Shown: piece after piece, positions 48,552 through 55,659 of the stretch
How positions within the stretch are numbered: position 1 is the stretch's first letter
How the letters are laid out: every line of letters starts with the position of its first letter
IMG/VR virus record: IMGVR_UViG_3300028920_000083
Location: 1 to 55,659 of that record
DNA: 55,659 bases
Direction: 5' to 3' (one strand)
DNA from: a virus
Taxonomy: Duplodnaviria > Caudoviricetes
Translations under genes and position numbers: made by a program
The notes under the pieces: generated by a model
What the model was told of the DNA's origin: nothing
Database searches by the model: none
The model's input: only the letters and a program-made list of their open reading frames with translations

Positions 48552-48649
48552 TATACCATCTTATTATAGATTTTAAACCCACCCGGTATTTTTATACTCC
48601 TTTATACTATTCTCATAGATTTATTGACATTATTAACAGTTTGGCATAG

Positions 48650-48685
48650 GTCATTATGACACGGTTGTTTTGTCATTCTGACACG
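48650..48685. promoter_or_regulatory. Tandem quasi-palindromic sites, candidate enhancer (UAS)
   Basis: GTCATTATGACACG and GTCATTCTGACACG, 22 bp apart, core (T)GTCA-N3-TGACA. Confidence 0.55.
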
Positions 48686-48822
48686 TAGGATTACACCACG
48701 TCTAGATTGGTAGTATTTGGCTTATACTATCATTTTAGAGTCGTTGTGGGGTATTCCGCCACAATCGATGTAGGAATTCAAGACTCTCGGCGCTACCATA
48801 TAGGTAACTATCACAGATTGGC

Positions 48823-48851
48823 TTGAAAAGGCCATTTCAAAGCATTATAAT
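48823..48851 (+). promoter_or_regulatory. sigma70-type promoter
   Basis: TTGAAA-N17-TATAAT. Confidence 0.7.
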
Positions 48852-48872
48852 GCTACCGATTTTTGTATCGTT

Positions 48873-48888
48873 TGGCATGGCCTTTGCT
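48873..48888 (+). promoter_or_regulatory. sigma54 promoter motif facing the rightward block
   Basis: TGGCAT-GGCCT-TTGCT. Confidence 0.68.
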
Positions 48889-48916
48889 CTATATACAATC
48901 GATTGGAGTCAAGAGG

Positions 48917-49318
48917 ATGCCAAACGGGCCGAAAACCTCGAAGATACGCCGAAAGTATGATATACTTCAGGATAATTGGGAGTCTATTCTAGATCAGGAT
49001 ATCCCAAGTAAGCCTATTAAACCTAACAAGCATATCCCTCTAGAGTCTCAACCGCATATACATAGACGGGATATACGTGACTGGCAAGACGGTGGTAGTA
49101 TATGCGAGGATACTAAACAGGAAAACGAGTCACGTTCAAAACTACATCAGCATAACTACGGAAGTATAAAAGTACGTCTACAGTATCATCCCAAACAGGG
49201 ACGGGATGGCGCGAATTTCCACAGAAGTATACAGCTTATGTCAAACAGGGATAGACGCCGGATGACGGCGTATAATGCCAAAAAGGCAAGGGAGGTGCAA
49301 GGGACTAGCTTAGTATAA
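48917..49318 (+). CDS. Hypothetical basic protein
   Basis: ATG after GGAG/GAGG, directly downstream of two promoter motifs. Confidence 0.45.
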   Translation: MPNGPKTSKIRRKYDILQDNWESILDQDIPSKPIKPNKHIPLESQPHIHRRDIRDWQDGGSICEDTKQENESRSKLHQHNYGSIKVRLQYHPKQGRDGANFHRSIQLMSNRDRRRMTAYNAKKAREVQGTSLV

Positions 49319-49475
49319 TACCGCGAGCGTATAGTGCCGAGAAATCGAGAAACATCTGGAATTCCAGACGAGTATCGAGAGCGGACGGCATACCAAATAG
49401 GAAAATCACGGCCTAGCATTTGGCCCCCGGTAGGTTAAACGCGGGGCCAGCTACGGGCGGCGGCGGGAGGATTCT

Positions 49476-49721
49476 ATGCTCTTGACCGTCGATCCATCGG
49501 CTGATTTGCTAGTCGAGTCCGAACGGATAGTCAACTACTACTATCAAGTAGAGTCGGACATCAAGAGACTGTGCGATCCGTACTTTCGTGAGGTCACGCA
49601 CGATGACATCACGATGGCACAGCAAAGAGCGGCACTTGCCGTCGAGCAGTTTTTGCCAGTATGCAGCCTAACGGCGCATCTGCTGGCAAACATGTATTTC
49701 GAGAATACCTACACAGGATGA
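49476..49721 (+). CDS. Hypothetical protein
   Basis: GGGAGG RBS. Confidence 0.55.
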   Translation: MLLTVDPSADLLVESERIVNYYYQVESDIKRLCDPYFREVTHDDITMAQQRAALAVEQFLPVCSLTAHLLANMYFENTYTG

Positions 49722-49777
49722 TGTACAGAATCAGCCGCCGTCTGTAACTGGCCCCGCAAACCGAAAGGGGTCCATGC

Positions 49778-50848
49778 ATGGACGCAGTGATCAGTCTCAT
49801 CGCCATGGTGGCGATCAAGATGGCTCAGAACGTCAGGCTTGAGAGTCGATACAACGTCCCGCCGCTGATGGAGGATATCAGGGTCAACGGACTCAAGACG
49901 CCGATATCCGTCTGGAAGGACGGGGATGCGTATTCGATCCTTCAGGGCCATCGGCGTTTCCGGGCCATCACACTGCTGAAAGAGACAGATCCTAAGCGAT
50001 TCGAGGAACTCTTCGGGCAGGGAATACCCTGTATCGTAAGGGAAATCTCGGACCCAAGGGACATTGCTCGGTTCAAGGTTGACCACGGCAATGAGCTGTC
50101 TCTGACAGATCCGTTCGAGTTGCAGCTTTGCGCCTCAATGCTTTTCAATGCCGGCTTCTCGGAGAAGGAAGTTGTCGTGGAGCTGGCGGGGCTGATGGAC
50201 AGAATCAGCCCGATGAAGGCTGAAAGGCGCAAAGAGATCGACGCGCTCAAGACTGCATCTGAGCGCGATCAGAAGGTCTTCGAGTACAGAAGGGGCCTTG
50301 TCCAGAATCTTCACAATGCCCACAGATGTCCGGGCATCGTGATGGCTGCTCTGGAGCGTAAGGCCACGGGCCTGCCCATCGAAGGCTTCGAGAAGGAGTA
50401 TCTTCCGAAGCTGACCACGGCTCAGGTAACTGAGCTGTGGAAGGCCCACTCGAAGGATCTCGAAATCACCGACGACAAAGGTCGTCAGGTGTTCAGCCAG
50501 CGAAAGACCGGCCCGAAGTTCAGGGAGAAGTGGTCGAAGCTGTGCGAGTCGGCGCAGAAGGCCGAGCAGGACAAGGCCGAAGGCGTCGTGAGAGAGAAGG
50601 CGATGTCCGGCAAGGAGATGAAGGCCGAGGTCAAGGATGGCAAGTGGCTGTCCAGCTTCGGCCAGCTCATCACAAAGCACCATGCCGGGGACAAGTCAAT
50701 CGGCGACTTGTCCGAATACGATCTCACCTGCTACTTCGCCGAGTTGGTGAAGGAAGCCGATCCGAAGCTGTGGAAGCAGGTCGAGAAGGCTGCAAAGGCT
50801 GTCGAAGCCAAGCTCCAAGCCGAGGTCGAAGCCGCGGTCGGAGCATAG
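49778..50848 (+). CDS. ParB-like protein 3 (ParB/Srx N-terminal domain)
   Basis: IRVNGLKTPISV...ILQGHRR; strongly G/C-ending codons. Confidence 0.8.
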   Translation: MDAVISLIAMVAIKMAQNVRLESRYNVPPLMEDIRVNGLKTPISVWKDGDAYSILQGHRRFRAITLLKETDPKRFEELFGQGIPCIVREISDPRDIARFKVDHGNELSLTDPFELQLCASMLFNAGFSEKEVVVELAGLMDRISPMKAERRKEIDALKTASERDQKVFEYRRGLVQNLHNAHRCPGIVMAALERKATGLPIEGFEKEYLPKLTTAQVTELWKAHSKDLEITDDKGRQVFSQRKTGPKFREKWSKLCESAQKAEQDKAEGVVREKAMSGKEMKAEVKDGKWLSSFGQLITKHHAGDKSIGDLSEYDLTCYFAELVKEADPKLWKQVEKAAKAVEAKLQAEVEAAVGA

Positions 50849-51006
50849 CTTGATCTTGTGATCAAGCTTATCCCGCTTGCCGGGGGCCAAATACTGGGCC
50901 GTGATTGCTGCAAGCCTTAGACACTAAAATGCCGAGACGGGCGTTAATGTCCAATTTGGCGAGTCTAAGGCCCCGGGCGGTTGACACCATAAGAACCAGC
51001 CGCCCA

Positions 51007-51092
51007 TGATTCGGGAATCCTGCAGCCTCAGAGTAGGTGGTGGTTGCCGGAATGCCGGCCATGAATGGATCACCAGCAGGATTCCCGAATCA
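51007..51092. repeat. 17-bp perfect inverted repeat enclosing smaller hairpins
   Basis: TGATTCGGGAATCCTGC (51007-51023) / GCAGGATTCCCGAATCA (51076-51092). Confidence 0.75.
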
Positions 51093-51606
51093 ATGCTAGG
51101 CCAAAGGGAGATCCCTATATTATATTATATCTAGTTACTTGTATGATATTAAAACCCAATGGGACACAGCACCGGTCTGCCTGCACACAATGCAGGATTT
51201 TAGAATCCGCTGCCAGAGTCTTGCTGCCTGCTGCTTGACAAATGCCGCTAGATGCTTGCAGTTTTTGCATGAAAATCTAGGCATGATAAACGATTTTGAG
51301 TGATTTTAACATCAAATCTCTCAGTGTCTGCAGCCCGCTTGAAAATGCCTTTTGTTACTTGATTCTAAAATCCGTTGCAGGCTGCAACATGCTTTACACC
51401 CAATGCTTGATCACGTTTAGGCGTCAACTTTATTCCCAATGCCAATGCCGAATATTATACCTTTAACTGCTTACTAACTTACTATTTATATATTCTATAA
51501 TCTAAATAAAATATAGAGTATATAAATATATATAATGAATATTTTTCCTGCATTTCAGTAAGCTGCAAGGCTCCCAACTACAACTAAATCCGCCCAAATA
51601 CCGCGA

Positions 51607-51969
51607 TCATTCCCCTCTAGTATCAATGCCCTTCTTCTGCCAAGCTCCCTCGGATTTCAGAATCTCCTCAACATGCTTCAATGCCTCCCACCACTTGCCA
51701 AAATAATGCCCGCGGGCCATCATATAACTGATTCTCAACATCCGAGTCTTGTTCACGGGGTGTATATACCCCGGTAATTCCTCATACGTCACAATCAATG
51801 TATATTCTACTAGATGCGGTTTAACCTGAAAGGCATGTTGCTCCGTACTACCATTGAAGAATGGTATTATCAATGCTTGTTTCCCGATTCTGTATCTTAT
51901 GTTCTTACTACTAAGCTCTGCTGCAAATGACTTAAGCTCTCTGTGCAAGCTCTTCAATGATTTAGACAT
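51607..51969 (-). CDS. Hypothetical protein
   Basis: GGAGG RBS; last gene of the leftward block. Confidence 0.6.
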   Translation of the reverse strand: MSKSLKSLHRELKSFAAELSSKNIRYRIGKQALIIPFFNGSTEQHAFQVKPHLVEYTLIVTYEELPGYIHPVNKTRMLRISYMMARGHYFGKWWEALKHVEEILKSEGAWQKKGIDTRGE

Positions 51970-52231
51970 CTCTAAAAAGCCTCCCGTCCACCCAAGCGTT
52001 CTGCTTCTTCAAGATCAACACAATAGCTATCAGTGCATTGGTAGCTTGATCCCACCATTCTGCATCTGCAATCCTGATACCGCCATCCTCCACATAAGCT
52101 ACAATCAATCCCGGTATATCTAACCCCTTCACTTGATGTATATAATCAACCCTAATACCATAATCACAAAGCTCCGTATACTTGATATCTTGATCCTTAA
52201 GCATAGTCTTGAGTAGCTTAAGCTTACTCAT
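51962..52231 (-). CDS. Hypothetical protein
   Basis: MSKLKLLK start overlapping the upstream stop. Confidence 0.55.
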   Translation of the reverse strand: MSKLKLLKTMLKDQDIKYTELCDYGIRVDYIHQVKGLDIPGLIVAYVEDGGIRIADAEWWDQATNALIAIVLILKKQNAWVDGRLFRDV

Positions 52232-52439
52232 GGTCTTTTTCATCCTTAATAGCATACCACCACGCATAACTAGCAAATCCCGCCACTAGCCACATGGATA
52301 TATAGATAGACCACATGCCTACCCTATCCCCGGTATCCCAATTGGTATCAGTATAAATCTCCATAGCTATAATGCCTTGCGTCAATACCACAAGACTCCA
52401 GAAGATAGCTGCCAGATTCTTGAATCCCTTTTTATTCAT
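52224..52439 (-). CDS. Small two-TM membrane protein
   Basis: Two hydrophobic segments. Confidence 0.6.
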   Translation of the reverse strand: MNKKGFKNLAAIFWSLVVLTQGIIAMEIYTDTNWDTGDRVGMWSIYISMWLVAGFASYAWWYAIKDEKDHE

Positions 52440-52707
52440 TATAGCTCTCCCAAATCGAACGCTTCATGACCACCACAGTCCCGACGATACGCTGCCCGGC
52501 TATCTTACTAGCTACCTCATTATGCATAAGATTCTTAATTAGTCCCTCCTCATTCACAATCAGGATATGACTGCCACAAGACACCACTTCGATATACCCG
52601 CCAACCGCTTCTTGTAGCACTTGCAATAGCTCCGCACTCGACCATCCTTCCGCTAAATGCAGAGAACACTTGGAACCATCCGGCGCAACAATCGTGGCCT
52701 CAAACAT
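52432..52707 (-). CDS. DUF3846-like protein
   Basis: LQEAVGGYIE...VNEEG...N-x-x-AS...IVG. Confidence 0.75.
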   Translation of the reverse strand: MFEATIVAPDGSKCSLHLAEGWSSAELLQVLQEAVGGYIEVVSCGSHILIVNEEGLIKNLMHNEVASKIAGQRIVGTVVVMKRSIWESYNE

Positions 52708-53275
52708 TTTTTAGCTCCAATATTTGATTCCAGATTTGACTTGCTCTGGATTCTGAGAATCCCATTACAATACCTACTTCTCTAAGTGTATATCCTTCAT
52801 ATATATAAAGCTCCACTATACGACGTTCTTGCCTAGTGAGCCCTCTTAAGACTTTTTCCACTTGTTCTGCATCTTCAATCTGCTGGAACCTTGAGTCAAT
52901 AAAACTAAGCTGCTGATATATATCTATACCCTCCTCTGGTTTCAAGTGTACTTGCTCATGGATTTCAAAATCCGGGTTATCTCTATGCTTCTTTCTATCA
53001 ATACGGGCAACCCAATCCTCATGTCTCATATAATCACGCATACATCCATCAATACGTATTGACGCATACTTCCAGAAGCCTTGATACAGTGGTACATAAT
53101 GCTTGGCTGCATCTATCAAGCCCATGATACATATACTCTCAGCATCATCACCAAGTAAAGGCATCTTTTGTACCCATCTTCTACCCTTAGCCTTAGCCCT
53201 CTCCAAAAACTCCATTACTAACTCGTTGCGCCATGCCGTGAGCTTTGTTTGTCCTCTCCATCCTCTTCTGTCCAT
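52700..53275 (-). CDS. FliA/WhiG (sigma28)-like phage sigma factor
   Basis: RNELV...MGLIDAA...FWKYASIRIDG-x-MRDYMR-x-x-DW; region 4 LTRQERRIVELY...TLREVG...SESRASQI; probable start ATG 53275. Confidence 0.8.
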   Translation of the reverse strand: MDRRGWRGQTKLTAWRNELVMEFLERAKAKGRRWVQKMPLLGDDAESICIMGLIDAAKHYVPLYQGFWKYASIRIDGCMRDYMRHEDWVARIDRKKHRDNPDFEIHEQVHLKPEEGIDIYQQLSFIDSRFQQIEDAEQVEKVLRGLTRQERRIVELYIYEGYTLREVGIVMGFSESRASQIWNQILELKNV

Positions 53276-53571
53276 TCCCTCAGTGGGCCTTTGCACTCTG
53301 TCTGCCGACACTTGTATTGATGTTCTCCTGCCGGCTGATTTAAGCCGCATTTTTCGCAGGTTTTCCAAACGCGACCGGGTGCCAGCATAGAGCCGGGCAT
53401 CTTCCTGCGACCAGATGGCTTGGCGCGTGACTTTGGATGGCCGTCTGCAAGGGCCAGCATACTTGCGTAAAGCCTCCTCTCGCGTTGGCATTCCTGAATA
53501 TGCTTGTCGAGCAATTCTATCTCTTCCGTTAATGCCACATGCCATAGCTCAACCCTGTCCTTCGCCATCAC
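53218..53571 (-). CDS. Hypothetical coiled-coil plus zinc-ribbon protein
   Basis: CEKC...CRQTEC; occupies the region upstream of the sigma start. Confidence 0.55.
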   Translation of the reverse strand: MMAKDRVELWHVALTEEIELLDKHIQECQRERRLYASMLALADGHPKSRAKPSGRRKMPGSMLAPGRVWKTCEKCGLNQPAGEHQYKCRQTECKGPLREWTEEDGEDKQSSRHGATS

Positions 53572-54013
53572 AAGCCTCGCCTTCCGGTCGGACTATCTCA
53601 ATCGGTATAGCCTTATCCCAATCATAGAACTTACCAGATCCATCATAGATATCATGCAGGAGTTGACAGATAACCCCAAGCGTGTAAGGATTAAGCTTCA
53701 TATTAAGCTTATCCTCAATATAACCCGGAGTCACGGTTATCGGCTCACAGTCTACAATCAGTGACCATCCAACTTGTGGCATAGCAATTGCTAAACTGCC
53801 ACCACATTGTATCAGCAAGAACTCGTAATGCGTAGCGTCACCCGGCTCTAACACCACTAACACATTACCCTCGGATTCCATAATCCGCTTGAGACATTCC
53901 ACAAAATTACTGATACTCTCATAGAAAACATCAAGACAGAATCGTGGTCTACGCCGGTAGTATGAGATCGTCCTAATCATAATACACACACTCCTTATCT
54001 GGCCTCTCGTCAA
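53549..54013 (-). CDS. Hypothetical protein
   Basis: EPGDATHYE motif; start uncertain. Confidence 0.55.
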   Translation of the reverse strand: MTRGQIRSVCIMIRTISYYRRRPRFCLDVFYESISNFVECLKRIMESEGNVLVVLEPGDATHYEFLLIQCGGSLAIAMPQVGWSLIVDCEPITVTPGYIEDKLNMKLNPYTLGVICQLLHDIYDGSGKFYDWDKAIPIEIVRPEGEACDGEGQG

Positions 54014-54344
54014 AGACGCCCTTGTGATCCATCACCAATTCAGCCGGTGGTACACGCAGCTTTACCCATACGTTATAGGAGTCCTTGAACTTTTTCCCGA
54101 AGATCCTACCTCCGCATGGCCTCAGGTTGCCCGCCGGCTCTATCGGGCATCCCCGTTTCCTGAAATGTGATTCAACAATCCTGTATTTTACCCTTGCTGA
54201 TCCGATGCTTTTAGCTGCTATCACAAGCTCTATAGGATCATCATCGTCATAGCATATGAACCATGTCATGTCCATGCCTAAAGTTGGATGGCTATACCAT
54301 TTGCCATCACTACACTTGACGTAGACTCCTACTTTAGACATCAC
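53973..54344 (-). CDS. Hypothetical protein
   Basis: GGAGGAG RBS. Confidence 0.55.
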   Translation of the reverse strand: MMSKVGVYVKCSDGKWYSHPTLGMDMTWFICYDDDDPIELVIAAKSIGSARVKYRIVESHFRKRGCPIEPAGNLRPCGGRIFGKKFKDSYNVWVKLRVPPAELVMDHKGVFDERPDKECVYYD

Positions 54345-54456
54345 TCCTCCCTACCATAAGGCGTCTCCATCGTAGCCAGCCTCATACAAATCCCCGTATA
54401 TATCGTCATACTCCCCTTCGTAATCCTCCTCATTCAACCAATCGAACCACTCGATG

Positions 54457-54544
54457 TGGTGCCGGGGATGGGAGTCGAACCCACATAGCCTCTTGAGGCC
54501 ACCGGATTTTAAGTCCGGTGCGTATGCCTTTCCGCCACCCCGGC
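54457..54544 (-). tRNA. tRNA-Leu (anticodon TAA) with encoded CCA
   Basis: GCCGGGG/CCCCGGC acceptor stem, CCGGA-CTTAAAA-TCCGG anticodon arm, long variable arm, GGTTCGACTCC T-arm, A-CCA end. Confidence 0.93.
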
Positions 54545-54550
54545 CCTGTG

Positions 54551-54754
54551 TCATTCCTCAACCTCCGGCTCAGGATTCACACCTTCCGGTGTCACCTTAA
54601 ATAGCTTATAGCCATCAGATGTGAAATACTGGAACCTCTCCTTAACCTTCTCCTGTACACGTGCCCTGAATACTGCGTCATTACTCTTGCAAGCATCATC
54701 AAGAGTATCAATATCATCAATAATCTGCCATAGCCTATGTTCAGTTTTAGTCAT
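54551..54754 (-). CDS. Hypothetical protein
   Basis: ATGA-coupled to the upstream gene. Confidence 0.6.
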   Translation of the reverse strand: MTKTEHRLWQIIDDIDTLDDACKSNDAVFRARVQEKVKERFQYFTSDGYKLFKVTPEGVNPEPEVEE

Positions 54755-55515
54755 CCTACCTCCCCGAACTCTATAGCCTTAACAATACTATGCATGTTGA
54801 GTCTAAAGTCCTTATCAGATTCCTCTTTATCTTCGGAGTGCTTCTTCATATCAGACACAAGATTCTGGTAATCATGTGCCTGTCTCTCGATTATCCGAAT
54901 CGCTGCATCACAAGCATGTTCACCCTTTTCTACAGAGGCACAAGATGTAAGAAAGTTAACTAGCCTTTCAACTTTGCGTCCATCATTTAGTAAATCACAA
55001 AGTCTTTGTGCATCCTTTTCAGTGCGACATTTAGCAACATCACTAAGACCTTGGCCAGCGCCATAGCTTTTGACGTAAGACTCAGGAAAATCATATCTTT
55101 CAACTATCTTGTTACCTACAACCTCAAAGCCTACCTCACCTTGTGGCTTCTCCAGTAGCCTCTGAGTAGTAGGCATGGAGTCAGGCACCGGCTCGCCTTC
55201 CTCGGGCAACCCTAGTTCAGCATATGTAGCATCAGCAATTTCACCTGTCTTATACTCAGGTTCATAAGTCTCAGCAAAGATGTCAGGCTTACAAGAATAC
55301 AACTCACCTTTGACGCCACGGATTACGTAATCACCCGGCATAACCTCCATCACACCTTCAAGAGTCTCTATACACCAAGCCCATTTCTTTAAGTTCCCTG
55401 CACCTGTTGGTATTTCCTTAAAAATTATACCTTCAGGTGGCTGCCAGTCACCATCCTCAGGTGGATTAAACTGCACAGCCTCAATCACAACAGGTTTCTT
55501 CCTGTATTTAGGCAT
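54751..55515 (-). CDS. Phage protein with conserved N-terminal KKPV...PGDY...KPDIF domain
   Basis: KYRKKPVVIEAVQF...TLEG...GDYVIRGVKGELYSCKPDIF-x-x-TYE. Confidence 0.7.
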   Translation of the reverse strand: MPKYRKKPVVIEAVQFNPPEDGDWQPPEGIIFKEIPTGAGNLKKWAWCIETLEGVMEVMPGDYVIRGVKGELYSCKPDIFAETYEPEYKTGEIADATYAELGLPEEGEPVPDSMPTTQRLLEKPQGEVGFEVVGNKIVERYDFPESYVKSYGAGQGLSDVAKCRTEKDAQRLCDLLNDGRKVERLVNFLTSCASVEKGEHACDAAIRIIERQAHDYQNLVSDMKKHSEDKEESDKDFRLNMHSIVKAIEFGEVG

Positions 55516-55659
55516 TATCTATCTCCTCCTGTGGCCACTCGAAACAGCGTACTCCGTCTATCTTAAGACAGATGAAGAAGCATGGGCCACTCGACCACGG
55601 GACATCTTGCACAACTTCCTTAGCCACGCGCCCATCCTTGAGATTATACTCAAGCAGTG
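55508..55659 (-). CDS. 3' part of a hypothetical gene entering from outside the window
   Basis: Open frame ...AKEVVQDVPWSSGPCFF...EEIDNA-stop overlapping the next ATG. Confidence 0.5.
   Translation of the reverse strand, partial: LLEYNLKDGRVAKEVVQDVPWSSGPCFFICLKIDGVRCFEWPQEEIDNA

Noticed and set aside
48293-48649. ORFs 48293..48559 (-) and 48365..48649 (+)
   Set aside because: They span the promoter-dense intergenic region and lack convincing RBS or protein-like features
48641-48660. TTGGCATAGG as a fourth sigma54 site
   Set aside because: No TTGC at the -12 position
53276-53545. N-terminal 90 aa of the 281-aa sigma ORF in the track
   Set aside because: Overlaps a more plausible gene (53218-53571); sigma similarity begins after ATG 53275, which has its own RBS
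54457-54544. tRNA as an attP/attL prophage boundary
   Set aside because: Phage-like genes continue on both sides, and no duplicate 3' tRNA fragment or integrase was seen in the window
54751-55515. KKPV-domain protein as an anti-defence nucleotide sponge
   Set aside because: I cannot match it confidently to Tad1, Tad2 or Acb2 motifs from sequence alone

Overview
A large, incomplete piece of a tailed dsDNA phage genome. It has siphovirus-type tail genes (tail tube, chaperone with -1 frameshift, 1320-aa tape measure, no sheath) and both window edges cut through ORFs. Layout: a leftward replication/regulation arm (1-13.7 kb: ATP-dependent DNA ligase, receiver-like protein, sigma factor, C39-like peptidase, NYN, VRR-NUC, family A DNA polymerase, SNF2 helicase, two ParB-like proteins); a rightward primase-helicase and nucleotide-metabolism operon (14.1-20.0 kb); a long leftward morphogenesis operon (19.9-48.3 kb: terminase, portal, a 5-repeat beta-helix protein, scaffold, capsid, tail, glycosyltransferases, holin/spanins); a GC-richer rightward block with a third ParB; and a leftward block of small genes with a FliA-like sigma factor and tRNA-Leu(TAA). 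Spanin-like genes and sigma54-type promoters point to a diderm host. No integrase, repressor, endolysin or prohead protease was recognised in the window. Most notable: (1) three intergenic sigma54 motifs TGGCAT-N5-TTGCT with a candidate enhancer, two of them in tandem with a bipartite motif TTAGTTACCAWA-N12-CCGTAATA (three copies) that is probably read by a phage sigma factor; (2) a shared N-terminal leader L-x-x-[IV]-W-x4 on portal, scaffold, major capsid and tail tube, suggesting a Prp-like leader-processing system, with a phage C39-like peptidase as candidate enzyme; (3) three divergent ParB-like proteins with no ParA. All protein calls come from motif recognition by eye, not from database searches.
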